From contig DF237002.1 in NCBI GenBank assembly GCA_000708835.1, positions 62,001-126,000 of the forward strand: a stretch of 64,000 bases of DNA, read 5' to 3'. The first letter of the stretch is position 1, and each line of letters opens with the position of its first letter. The DNA comes from Klebsormidium nitens (taxonomy: Eukaryota > Plantae > Klebsormidiophyceae). The translations under genes and the position numbers were made by a program. Under the pieces are notes generated by a model. That model worked only from the letters and a program-made list of their open reading frames with translations. It was not told where the DNA came from and did not search any database. This document shows positions 13,606 to 26,579 of this stretch, piece after piece.

Positions 13606-15788
13606 TCACAAACATCCCTGCCGAGCAAGTATGTTTAGTACCGCTGACGCATCTGCCGACACCGGAAAGCAGGTCTCAAAGGTGTTGCGCAGGTGCCAGA
13701 TATCGTACTCGTTCTTCTCCCAACCGGATTCAGCTCCGCCCGCAACATCCGACCGTCTGGCGTCGCGTTTCTTTGACTTCTGAACCCACTCGAACAAGGA
13801 GGCCCGTCGGAAATGGTTCAGCCAAGCGGGGGAGGGAAGCGGGGAGTAGCTCGCGAAAGGCCCGGGCGGATCCACAACGGCACCTGCTTCGAACATGGTG
13901 GTCGATCATTCTGTCACGATCTCAGAATAAACGCTGATCCCCTTGCTTAATGCGAACCGTGGCAGACACAAGCAGTATATAGACGTTCCTTGTTTATACA
14001 AGCTTTTAGAAGATGGAAAGCAACGTGCAGTCTGCACGGGTCTTCAGCCAACTTGATTTTTCAGCAGTTGAGTAAAGATGCGACAGAGATGAAAACCGAA
14101 GGCGGTCCTCGAGCAGAATTTGCGGAAAAGCTGCTCATTCAGAAGAGTCCCTTCGCGTTCAACAATTACGTGCCAGCTCCCCTCGCTCTCCACAGATTCC
14201 CATGAAGCAAGGGCCAAACCTGTGCAGCCTCAGATGAGTCCTAGCCACCAGGCGAGAAATTGGACAAAGGGATGGCTACTCAATCTACGATCTGAAGGGT
14301 TCATGGCAACACTTTTCTCCCAAAACGAATGCTCCGCTCACCTGAAGCGACGTATTGGCGGTACCCCGACTTCAGCTTCTGAAAGTGGGGGTGGTCGATA
14401 TACTCGTGGGCTGCCGCTTTGGCGAACGTCTTCAGAATGAGCTCTTCTTCCGGTCTGTCACGGCAGCGGAACCGGACGTCCAGCGTGGAGAACGCGGGGT
14501 CGGGAAGCGTCACCGCGTCCGAATGCATCAGCTTCCACGCGAAACTGACGGCGCCCCGCGCCCACGTCGGGAAGTTTCTCGTCGAAGCGCGCCAGGAACG
14601 CGTCCAGTGTCTGGTTTGGGTCTTCGAATACGACATACTCATCGCCGTCGATCGCGCCGATCCACTCGGCCCCTCGCTTAGTCTGCCATTCCACGCAGTT
14701 CTGGTACATACCGATCTCGTCCACTTCAAACAGTCCAGACGGCGGCCTGTCCCAGCGCATATAGTCCACAAAGGAACCGTACGATTGCGCAATCTCGGCG
14801 GTTCTGTCCGTCGATCCGTCGTCGTATATAGAAACCTGGCTCACTCCGAGATTGTATTGGTAGTTTAGCCACTCCTCTAGAGAACGCTCCTCATTGCGAA
14901 CTTTCACGCAGATGCCCACACCCCCCGGCTTCACCGTTCGCATTTCGGCAACAGAATCCTAGGGGGATCCCCCCGGGGCACAAACTCAACCGGTCGCGGA
15001 TCTTCTGGATTGAGGACGTGTTGGAGGAGGGCAAACCCCGGTTGACCGCCCCCAACCTCTGTCAAAGTCTCCGGTCTATCGTGGTAGAAGCGTGCTTCGT
15101 CTAGCTTCCATCCCGCATTCCAAAGATTCAAAACAGAGCTCATAAGATCCCATTCTTTGCTGCCCTCCCTGACCGATCTGATCTCCTCCTGGGTTAATTT
15201 TGGCCAGACCCGGTTCCCAATCGGTGGAGAAGTAGATGACGTGTCGCTACGTGGCAAGCTATCACGTTCGGGCCCAGTTGACAGATTTTGGGCGAAGACA
15301 CTTTGGGACTTCTCACGTTTCATAGCTGACTCTTTCAGGAGCTCGGCAACTGCGTGGAGTTCTGGTTCCTCAAGCCTGCTGATTGCTTCGCAGAGGTTTC
15401 CTGGAGTTGTCGTATCCAGGTCTTCAAAATCGCTCGCATCCTCTGTTTTATTCAGAGTGGCCACTTTGCTCCATCTTTCCAATTTGCTCAAGGAACTTCC
15501 CAGAGCTGCGTTCTCAGAACGCGGCCTCATATGCGCTCCTTTGAAGTCTTCAACCCCATCAAGGAAGCCCGACCGGAGACCTCCCAGCCTCGAACTGTTG
15601 TCCTCCACCAGAATATAGATCGATACGCCTGCCAAGATGCAAAGGACCGTGATAACAGCTGTGGGCATCAGAGCCCTTCGCAGGAAACCCTGAAAGAGGT
15701 TTGCGGCGCCAGTCATGGTGAGTATGCCAAGCAAACGAGTTCGGGACTTTGCTGAACTACTCTCAAATGGAGCGGTGCCAGCCAACAT
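13606..15788 (-). pseudogene. Frameshifted copy of GT92/GT2-like glycosyltransferase; exons about 15788-14342 and 13883-13606
   Basis: Relative to the intact paralogue there is a 10-bp deletion near 14935 (tgcgaacgg[aacgtaacgg]tgaag) giving an immediate TGA, and a 7-bp insertion (ggggcgc) near 14555. The domain is split over three ORFs in the track. Confidence 0.85.
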
Positions 15789-16574
15789 TTTGCTATCTGC
15801 TAATTTAGTTCCTTTTGCAGAGTCTGATCTGACAAACGAACTCAGAAGATGAGTAGCGATTCATTTCTGCTGTGGTTGGTAGCTGTCAGACCTGCAGATT
15901 CTGAGTCACTGTTGAGACATCGGCTCCACTCAAAACTCCTTCCGACGAAAAACTCAATCCCCTCGATCAAGGTGCCTGTTCAAAAGAGGCAATTTCAGTG
16001 GCCTTTCATTGATCTAGAGTAAGCTGACGTCTGACTTGATATTGCCAGATCTCGGAAATCTCAACCGCACGTTTCTGATAGTGCCCATTCGTTTCCGTCT
16101 GCTCGCAAAGGTTCTCTCAGTGTGCAGCAAACTACGATCCACGTCTAAGTTTCAAACAGGGGTACGGAACTGTTTTGCTCAAACCACTTCGAGGACGTTT
16201 TGACGAAGCTTCGTGGTTGGAATGAACGGACGTCCGCTTTGAGTCCCCTCGTAAGAACCCTGGGTGATTGATTCGACTCAGCTTTCGTAAAGTTTGGTTA
16301 AAATATATTCTACATTATGCAGCTAATAGCCCACCTTAGGGTCACAAAATTCAATCCTTAACTGGGGGGTTAAGGCGCCTTACCGTGCTGTTTTCCAGCG
16401 GGCCGGGCGTAGCATGTCAGTCGTATCCTTCGCTCCCTGCCATACCCGATGCGGTACCAGCCGCTAGGGCGGACTTTTCGATGCCCTGCGAGATGGCTGA
16501 CGGTCTCAAGACTCTCATCGAACGGAGTGACTGACGTGTTATGCAGCTCTGTCGGGATGGAATACAGTCGGTGT

Positions 16575-17846
16575 GGCCGGCAATGGCGGGATCGTGGTGT
16601 GTCAAGGAACTCTCCGCGATTCCCGGGCGCTTTTGACTGGCGCCGCAACTAGTGTGGGCGCACCCCGGAGAAACCCAGCCGAACGCCCGCAAGAAGCGGA
16701 GGAGCAGCTCGAGGAGAGCCTTCCTCAGAACGCGATCGCCCGGGAGATTTGGCCGGCGTATGCGGAGCAGTTCAACCTCAAAAAGTGCAGCAATCAAGTA
16801 CTAGAAATCCTATTGACTTCTGAAAGTAGCCGCTTGTATGTTTGTGACTGTTGATGACGGTCAATAACGATTGGTGACAGTCTGTCTTCAATTCTGTAGG
16901 CAATTGCACGACTCCTTCTGTAACGGAGTTTTGTGAACGCCTCGATGTTTTGGGCCGCAGCAAGAGGATCATATGCACAAGGCTCGACTGTTTCCCCTTC
17001 TTACTGACCCCCTCTGCACAACTTGAGCGTACGAAGCCCGTCTCATCTCAATGACGGCGCTTCGATCTGTGGTTTGGACTCTTCCAAAGGGTTGAGACTC
17101 ATCTCCGAGATCCGCAGTGGAACTTCTCGTGTTTAGTTTGCCATGCGAAACTGACCCCCTTTGGAACGTCCCTACTTTCTGCCGTCGCTCGGGATCGTGC
17201 ATTGAGATTATCACAAGCACAGTCTATCCAACGGCAGGGTTCAAAGCAGCAAACGAATCGACGGCTGTCCATTTCTTCTGCAGGCGTGCGTGTCCGGGGT
17301 GGTCGAGGTCCGCCAGAAGACGTTCAAGGCGTGCGGCGCGTGCGGCGCAGCCCAAAACTGCTCGCGCGAGCGCCAAGTGAGTGGAATAAGCCCTTGATTC
17401 TTGACCGTTCCCATTAAAATTGCCGTACCTTAACCCTCAAACTCACCGTTAAACTCCTAGATGCGCAACCGTGGGGGATGATACCCGGCTGATTTAACAG
17501 AGAATGTTGAAAGCGGGCTGTTTGAAAGCGAGTCGCTCAAGCAGAAAGTCGTCAGCAGGTTGGCCGGCCGACGCCGATGCGATGGCCTTCTCTGAAAGTA
17601 ATCAGGTGGACCTCCAAGTAGAAGAGTGTCCGTGCTTTGAAGTATTGTTCGACGTAATGGCCAGCCCTAGCTTTTTTTTTAGTTAGGCAACGCTGATGCA
17701 TCGCTCAATACCTATACATCGTTCTTTTCTGTTTGCAGATGGTCCGTTGGAAGAACGGACACAAACAGGAGTGCAAAATGTCAAGGCAGGGGGCTTGTAG
17801 TGGAAGCGAGAAGGGAAAGCGAAGCAAAGACAACGGAGGGGGATGA
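16575..17846 (+). pseudogene. 5'-truncated remnant of the MYND gene (last three exons only)
   Basis: Starts mid-exon at the duplication junction. The MYND reads ACGACGAAQNCSRERQ (zinc-ligand Cys to Arg, Tyr to Asn), and the donor changed from gtaggt to gtacta. Confidence 0.88.
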
Positions 17847-18744
17847 GTAGATACTGTACACACTAGGTTCGACGGACAGACGCTAGCCATACGTAGAATT
17901 GGGTGCCGTGCAGAGCTTCCGCATACGCTGCGCCAAGTACCAGAATAAGACTGAAATGCTTCTGTAAAGATTGAAGCAGAAGATTTGAGATAGACGGCCA
18001 ATATATAGCGCACTTGACTTAGGCAGTTGCACACTTGAAGCTAGTTGAACAACGAGAGTCCGTACCGCTGTTCTTTTCTGCTCGCGTGCCGTCTGAGTTG
18101 CGCCGGGGGCCGGATTGAACGGCTGTAGTGTCTTGCGCTTTTGAATCTCTGGCCTTCTCATGCTTGTATTTGAGCTTGTTAGCGACCCGTGCATGCCGTC
18201 ATTGCAAAGATGTGATAATCCACATTAACATCCGCACCGAAAGATGCCGACGTCCCCTTACACCGATACTTCCAGTGGTTGATTGAAACCGACCGGTAAA
18301 TCATTGGCTGCACGATACGCTTATGACGAGCTTCTATGTGCATCTAACCTGAGAATGCATGATTGACGGCAAGCATTAGAGTTGGTTAGCTAGTAAAGTC
18401 GAGAACTAAGATTTGATGGGCACACGTGTGCTTCCTTGACAAGAGTAAAAACGTGCACCTAGTGCCATGGGCACATGAGGCCTGCCGTCATTTCATTTTG
18501 CCAAGCACAATGTAGTAAGAATTAGTTGGATGATCGAAGATAGCAAAAGCAATCAGACCTCAACAACTCACTTGATCAAAGGTGAATCTATGCAATGTTT
18601 TTATCGGCAACAAACATTGTGCGAACTCCCAGTGCATGGTGAACTGACCTTACAGGCCCACTAGCGTTTATTAGAGAAAGGAATTCAGCAAGATCTCGGT
18701 CGAACTTGTCGCTGCCGGAGCTCCAAGAAATGGTTGAGCGCTAT

Positions 18745-20854
18745 TCACAAACATCCCTGCCGCGCAAGTACGTTTAGTACCGCTGATACATCTGTCATTA
18801 CAGGAAAGCAGGCCTCGAAGGTGTGGCGCAGGTGTACGATATCGTACTCGTTCATGGCCCAAACGGATCCAGCTCCGCCCGCAACATCCGACCGTCTGGC
18901 GTTGCGTTTGTTCGACTTCTGAACCCACTCGAACAAGGAGGCCCGTCGATAATGGTTCAGCCAAGCGGGTGAGGGAACCGGGGAGTAGCTCGCGAAAGGC
19001 CCGGGTGGATCCACGACGGCACCTGGTTCAAACAAAGTGGTTGACAATTGTGTGATGTCCGCAAATCGAACGCAGACCCGGTTGGTGAATGTGTACCATT
19101 GCAGAGAGACGAAGCATTTTCACAGTCCTGATCTGGATGAGCAGTTTAGAAGCTAGAAGGTAACATGCAGTCTGCACGAGTCGACGGCCAACATGATTCT
19201 TCAGCAGTTGAATGAAGATGCAACAGGGATGAAAGCCGAAGGCGGTCTCCGAGCAGATTTTCGAGAAGCTGGCCATACGAGATGGATCTTTTCGTCATCA
19301 AACAAAAACTTGCGAGCTCCCCTTGCTCTCGCCAGATTTCCGCATAACAAGAGCCAAATCTCTGAAGCCTCAAACAAGTTTCTTGCCGTCAGGAAAGTAA
19401 GACAATAGCATGGCAGTCATTTTGCTGCAAAGTAAAGGGTTGATGGCAACGAATGTTCTTCCAAAACAGAAGCTCCGCTCACCTGAAGCGACGTATTGGC
19501 GGAACCCCGGCTTCAGCTTCTGAAAGTGGGGGTGGTCGATCGACTCGTGGGCTGCGGTTTTGGCAAACGTCTTGAGCACGAGCTCCTCTAGGTCTCGGCA
19601 GCGGAACCGGACGTCCAGAGTGGCGAACGCGGGGTCCGGAAGCGCCACCGCGTCCGAATGCATCAGCCTCCACGCGAAACTGACGGCGCCCACGTCGACA
19701 TTTTCGTCGTCGAAGCGCGCCAGGAACGCGTCCAGTGTCTGGTTTGGATCTTCGAACACGACATACTCATCGACGTCGATCGCGCCGATCCACTCAGCGC
19801 CTCGCTTCGTTTGCCATTTTACGCAGTCCTGGTACATATTGATCTCGTCCGCTTGAAACACTCCAGACGGCCTGTCCCAGCGCATATAGTCCACAAAGGG
19901 ACCGTACGATTGCGCAATCTCGGCGGTTCTGTCCGTTGATCCGTCGTCGTATATAGAAACCTGGCTCACTCCGAGACTGTATTGGTAGTTTAGCCACTCC
20001 TCTAGAGCCCTCTCCTCATTGCGAACTTTCAAGCAGATGCCCACACCTCCCGGCTTCACCGTTACGTTCCGTTCGCATTTCGGCAACAGAATCCTAGAGG
20101 GATCCCCCCGCGGCACAAACTCAACCGGTCGCGGATCTTCTGGGTTAAGGACGTGTTTGAATAGGGCAAACCCCGGTTGACCGCCCCCAGCCTCCGTCAA
20201 AGCCTCCGGTCTAGTTTTGTAGAAGTGCGCTTCGTCTAGCTTCCATCCCGCGTTCCAGAAATTCAAAAAGGAGCTCATAAGATCCCACTCCTTGCTGCCT
20301 TCCCCGACTGTTCTGACCTCATCCTGGGTCAATTTTGGCCAGACCCGAATCCCAATCAGGGAGGAAGGAGATGACGTGTCACCACGTGGCAAGCTATCAC
20401 GTTCTGGCCCAGTTAAGAGAAGTTGGGCCAAGAAATTGTTGGACTTCGCACGTTTCAGAGTTGACTCTTTCAGGGGCTCCGCAGCTGCGCCGGGGAGTTT
20501 GAGCTCCTCGCGCCTGCTGATCGCTTCGCAGAGCTCTCCGAGCTTTGTCGTGTCCAGATCGTCAGAAAAGATCCCATCATTGCTCTTATTCATAACAGCC
20601 ACTTTGCTCCATCCCTCCAACTCCCTCAGGGGACTTCTCAGAGTTGCGTTCTCAGAATGGAGCCTCGTATGCGATCCTTCGAAGTCCTGGACCCATTTAG
20701 GGAAGCCAGACCGGGGACCTCCCAACCTCGAACTGTTGTCCTTCGTCAAATTATATACCGATAAGCCTGCCAAGATGCAAAGGACTATGATGACAGCTGT
20801 GGGCATCAGAGCCCTTCGCAGGAGGCCCTGAAAGGGCTTTGCGGCGCCAGTCAT
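18745..20854 (-). CDS. Type II membrane GT-A fold glycosyltransferase (GT92/DUF23 or Glyco_tranf_2_4-like); exons 20854(or further upstream)-19483 and 19022-18745
   Basis: N-terminal signal anchor (LMPTAVIIVLCILAGLSVY), then GICLKVRNEERALEEWLNYQYSLGVSQVSIYDDGSTD, WIGAIDVDEY (DxD) and WLNHYRRASLFEWVQKSNKR after a phase-1 intron (G|gtgagc...gaaccag|GT). Confidence 0.85.
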
Positions 20855-21807
20855 GTTGAGTAGTATGCCAAGCAAACGAGGTCGGAAGCTTGCTGAACCA
20901 CTCTCAGTCGGAGCGGCAGTCAACACTTTGCTCAATGTGCTGACCCCTGTTTTGAAGAGTCTGATCCGACGAACGAACGATCTCAGGGGATGAGTACTCC
21001 TGTGCGACTTATGTTTGCCGTGGTTGATAGCCAGTGCCCCTCATTTTCCGTCTGCTCGCAAAGGTCCCCGCAGTGTGCGGCAGACTACAATTCGCGTCTA
21101 AGTTTCAAACAGGGGTACGGACCTGTTTTTCTCAAACCACTTCGAGGACGTTTTGACGAAGCTTGGTGGTTGGAATGAACGGACGTCCGCTTTGAGTTCC
21201 CTCGTATTAGAACCTGGGTGATTGATTCAACCCAGCTTTCGTAAAATCTGGTTAAAGTACATTCAACAGTGATGCAGCTAATAGCCCACCTTAGCCTCAC
21301 AAAACTCAATCTTAACTGGGGGGTTAAGACGCCTTACTGTGCTGTTTTCCAGCGGGCCGGGCGTAGCACGTCAGTCGTATCCTTCGCTCCCTGCCAGACC
21401 CGATGCGGTACCAGCCGCTAGGGCGGACTTTTCGATGCCCTGCAAGATGGCTGACGGTCTCGACATTCTCATCGAACGGAGTGACTGACGTGTTTTGCAG
21501 CTTCGTTGGGATGGAATGTAGTCAGTGTCAGCGTTACGCTTTTGAAAAAAGTGATGGTTGTAGGTCTCGATAGGACCGGGGGCGCTCCTGAGCAGAGCTT
21601 CAAAGCAGAACCAGACGGGTCTCCCGAAATGCTATTTTAGATGAGCATCATTCTCAAACCCCCAGTAAGTAGTCCTCACGTCGCTGCTAAAGCTAGCTCG
21701 GCGTCAACTCGAAACGAGGGGAACTTCTTTTGAGGCAGCACACTCGCAATCGCGCCATGCAATTGAGCTTCTTGCCCTTAATGTTTTAGCAGCCTTGATG
21801 AGCAAGG

Positions 21808-24800
21808 ATGACGGATCCGGAAGGCAGTGCGGTTCGCGAAATGGGTTCTGGTCTCTTCCAACAGGCTTGGCGGTTGCAGAAAATGAACAGGGTCGCACTC
21901 ACAATCCTTATTATCTGCACAGCGCTCTTTCTCGCTCTGTCTTTCGATTCCCCCTCGTTTTCCAACGTGGAGAACGCATGGAAACCTTGGTTCTCTGCAG
22001 GTCCTGAGATGTTGGCAGCGCCGCTTGCCCACAACTGCAGCTGCAACAGCCAAGAGATTACGCCGCAGCCAACACCCTCAGCAGAGATCAAACTCGTGGA
22101 AAGAATTGTAGAGAAGCCGGTTGAGAGAATCGTGGTGAAATCAGTGGAAAGGTTTGTAGAGAAGATAGTTTACGAGACAAAGCCGGTACGAGTGTACGTC
22201 TATGACCTGCCCAGCAAGTTTACGACCGACTTTTACGCGCATCTACATGCAACGGTAAGTCCATTTGACTCTTAGACTGGCCCTCAAGCTCTTCCAGAAT
22301 GGTTTCAACCAGGGACCCTTGCGGTGATCGATTTGGTCCCAGATCTGCTCAGTTCTGCTTCGTTGTGCAATCCTTCGTTCCTTCCGAGAACCAGAAAATT
22401 CAGGATACGTCGTTCGCAACCAATTTGTGATACAGAGACACTTGCAGAGGGAGTTCAAGAGGCACTCTACCCAACAGCGACCAATGTGCCCGGGCGATAA
22501 GTCAGCTACTGAAAAATTTGCCTCCAACGACTCTGCATGTTCCCTCGTAGTAGCATTCAAGTCTGATGCTTGGTTCACGTCTCTGCAGAGGACGCCCCAC
22601 GCGGCAGAATGGTGGATCTACCTAGACATCATGGGCGATCCGGCGGAACGGGACAACTCCGTCTCCGTTCGTGTGGACACAACGGAAGAGGCGGACGTCT
22701 TCCTGGTTCCATTCATGGCATCTCAATCGTTCAACTGTTACCGCCAGGAGCACTTTCTGAGGCACGACTTCCGGGAGATATGCGGCGACTTGTATGGGAA
22801 GGATGATGAGCTGCAGGTAAAAGGGCACGGATTTGGCATTTTTCGGCTTTCTTTCCATACCGAGCCTCCAGTTTGTTTGACCGCAGAATCATGCTAGCAT
22901 GTGCGAAGGCGCAAAATAAGCATCACTGAATCCCTCCCATGGTACGCTGAGTCGGGGCGACCAAGCAGTGGCGTTGCGGGTTTGGGAGTCGCCAAGCCTT
23001 ACAGCTTCCAGTATACCTTTTCGAGAAACCTGACGCCGCTCCTAGTTGCGCAGGACGAGCTGTTGGCCTGGCTCGAGACGCAGGCCACGTGGCAGCGATC
23101 TGGAGGCATTGACCACGTGATCCTCGTGGTGCACCCGCTCGCGATGAATCGGATTGGTTACTTCCTGAGGCCGTGCGTCCATCTGCTGACGGACTTCGTC
23201 TTTTATACCTCGGACACGGTGAGCGGCTCGTGAGCGGTTCGGACGATCCGCAATATGGGCGGTTTTGACTATATAAATTCGGACACGTCGGGCAGCTCGG
23301 ACACTTAGAGCAGCTTGGAAAAACTCATTGGGTAAACCCGAGAAGGAAAGCATCTCGCGAAAGTAAGAGATTTGAATACGGTGGGCATTTCCTGGCACCT
23401 TCCTTCTTGACGAAATAAGCGGTTTTGGAAGGGAAGCACTGTTCAGACACGATGAAAGATCAGGAGTGAATGGAGATTCCGCAGAACTGAGTTTTCCGGA
23501 AAATTTAAGCGAATCGGACACGGCAGCAGGCGTCCAAGATAAACGAATCGAACACGGTGAGGAGTCCAGCTTGCACCCAAACGGAATTGATCTTCGAGCT
23601 CGCGAGGAAAGCGCGAAAGAAAGGCGGTTCCGTCTGCGCTCTGGCTGAAGTCTCTTTCTTTGTGCGATGACTTTGGATATTCAACGACTCGGTCTCCTAG
23701 TCCGCTTTTTTTCGCAGGAGACACCTCAACTGCTCGGCAGTCCAGAATCGGGACGGGCGCATTCTTTCTCCTCACGTTTGTTCCGAATTTTCTTGGCCTC
23801 TATCCTTCCCGCGTGTCCTACTGAAGAAGGTCCGACAGCCCAATGTTGAACGCGACCGATTCCCAAAAAGCCAAAACCTAAATGTCTTTCTACTTTCCTT
23901 CTCTTCCGGCAAAATGCAGACCCTCTCTCTGACGCTTGGTTAAACTGCAGGCGAGCTTGGAGAAGGACGTGGTCGTCCCGTATTCACACCTGGTGGAACG
24001 GCTCCCGGACGACCTGGTGGGACCAGCCACCAGCGAGGCGAACCTCGCGCAGGCAGATATCCTGCTATATTTTGCCGGGATCCTTGAAAGACAGGTGCGT
24101 CGTTTCACCTTGAAACAACTTCAAGTTCCGAGTCCTCCGACGTGGATACGGATGCTGAGGGCTGCACAGGAAAGACGCCGCGAGGGCATGCTTCTTTGTT
24201 CCTTCTCTCGGAGTCATCAATTCAGAACGGTACGGTTCGAAGCTACGTTACGAAGTCTGTCTCCGCCTCGATTAGAAGCTTTGTCTGAGCACGGCAATCA
24301 GCTGTCTGAATCCTAAACCCAAACATTAATGTAAATGAATCTAAATGCAGCAAAGGAGTGTTCTGGACACAGGAAAAAAGTCGGTCTGGAATCCCAGAAT
24401 GTTGATCGGACATCGGAACCGACGGTTAAGAACGCAGAGTGGAACCTGAGGATTGGAAGGAAAGACTATATTCAGTTGGGTCGCTAACATAGGTATAATC
24501 CAAGCCTTTCTTGCTTCCCTTTAACCCTTTCTAGAACATTCAGAACGGTATATTCACTAAAGCGTTTCCCCGCGCCGCTGTGCAGGGTATGGGCCAAGTC
24601 CGGAACAAGCTGAGCGAAGTCCTTCAAGGAGAGGAGGGAGTGGTCATTAACAGCCGGGAGGGCCAGGGAGCGCTGGACGACGACACGGTGGCTGCTACCG
24701 CTGCGGAAATGAGGCGATCAAAGTTTTGCCTGGTGAGCCTCCCCGGGCGCAACTTCATTGCAATCAAGCAAGAATCCGCCCGGTGAGTAACCTCGAAAGG

Positions 24801-26579
24801 GATTATCTAGCACGAAGGGCGCCGACTGACGGTTTGCACGGTGAGTTCTACCGGGCGCGGCTATCAGCGTCTATAGCTCTGCCCGAGAAGCAAGCGCGAC
24901 GGCGCCCTTCGAAAAATTCCATACCGTTGGCGGTAACGCTTTTGTTTGCTCGGCGTGGAAACAAGGGGGATGATCTGATCAGGCCGCTTCAAACGAAAAA
25001 GTGGATTAAAACGGAAGGATCACTGTCCTTGAGAACAGAATATCTCGTCAGCCAGATATGTCCGGCCGTATAGAGTGACGCTTGAACCCACTTTGCTTCT
25101 CTCTCCTTGTGCGCGCGCAGGACCCTGCCGGCGACACCCCCTCCTCCGCGCGCCTGTTCGACGCGATCGTGAACCTGTGCATCCCGGTGATCATTAGCGA
25201 CGACGTGGAGATCCCTTTCGAGGGACAAGTGAACCTCAGGTGAGATTAATTAAAGCCAGTCCCCAGATTCCCTGGAGGCGTTAAGATTCTGGGTTCTGAC
25301 GAGCTTCTTTCTTCGCATTGCAAATGAAGCACGTAATGATCGAGTAGGTGCCTCGGCATGAAGTACACTTGGTAATTTCAAAGTGATGTACGTCTCGACA
25401 AAAGGTGCCTCTTCTGACAGTTGACAACATGAATCCTGATCTGGATCAGCATCCTATTCAACTGAGTTCAAGCGTGTGTCCGTTTCTGTGGCGTCATGGA
25501 AGCATTTGCCCCCGGACTCTGCAGGACCGCTTTACAGCTTCTCTCCCTAGCTTGCGTCTTCCCCTTTCTTGCGCCCAAAGCTGCGACAAGCTCCCTTGTG
25601 CGCCAGATCGACGAGTATATAGTGTACCGCAAAAATGCGACCATTCTCCAGACGTTCCAGTCTCAAGTCCAAGACCTCTTCCTCTCGCCTTTCAAGATGG
25701 ACAGTTGCTTCGAAAGCTCGAGAATGGTGCCAGATCGTAAACTGCTTTGAATTTTCTCACTTCGAGCGAATCACGCCTCTCCTTTCTGCAGAGACGCTTG
25801 TGTGTTTGTGACAGAGGCTGACGCAGTGCAGCCCGGCGTGCTGGTGGCGCGCTTGCGAGCGATGCCGGACGAGGACGTCCTGAGGATGAGGCGACAGCTG
25901 CCAGAGGTCCGGACACCAAGTCCAAGCTTTCTCTTGGAATCTTGCTCTTAAATTGGTGGAATCCGCTAAAGCTATGTTGATCCATGCGTCTTTTAAAGAA
26001 AAATTTTCTGCTATGTCTGTTTATTCTGATTCGTTCCTGGTAAGGCGCATTTCCAAATACTCTCGTTCAAGCGGATATTCTCGCTAACCCCAAGACACAT
26101 GGTTGTTATATATTTCAATTCAACCAAGTCCAGTGCTGCCACGGATATATTACCATCCGAAATAATCAATAAGCCCGTGGGCGTAGCAGAATACTCTGCG
26201 TAGTAGAAGAGCTTTGTAAATGGCTCACATGTGCTTTGAAGTAAGACCCACAAATTCCGAAGAACGGAGTACGTCTTTCGGCAACCTTCTTTTCTGCGCC
26301 CGGCAATCCTTCGGAGGCTGCTTCCCTGGAACAACGTCGTGCTCTTATTGCTGTGACTTACCAACCGGTGGCGCTCTTTTGCGTTTTCAGATTCGCCATC
26401 AGTTTGAGTATGCTGACTCTCCGCCGGGAAAGGATGGAGCTCTGTCAATGATATGGCGGGAGGTCGCCGCCCGATTGCCCCTCATTCGACTGCGACTGGC
26501 AAGGCGACACCGCGGAGCGTCCGCGCCACATGCTATGACGCACGATAGGCTCGATGCGAGTCGGAGGATGGGCGGGTGA
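21808..26579 (+). CDS. Exostosin-family glycosyltransferase (GT47, ARAD-like); about 8 exons
   Basis: Signal anchor, then [65 protein letters not shown]|[35 protein letters not shown] and [26 protein letters not shown], which are hallmark GT47 motifs in consistent splice phases. The start codon is uncertain. Confidence 0.92.

Larger units (their letters stand above)
11463..21528. repeat. Tandem segmental duplication: unit 1 at 11463-16574 (5112 bp), unit 2 at 16575-21528
   Basis: Colinear similarity throughout: ggccggcaatggcgggatcgtggtgtgtcaagg at 11463 and 16575; MYND exons, GT gene and upstream block are each present twice. Novel junction gtgt|ggcc at 16574/16575. Confidence 0.95.

Noticed and set aside
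16370-16797. Minus-strand ORFs crossing the duplication junction as new chimeric genes
   Set aside because: Their 5' halves are the antisense of GC-rich MYND coding sequence; open frames are expected by chance.
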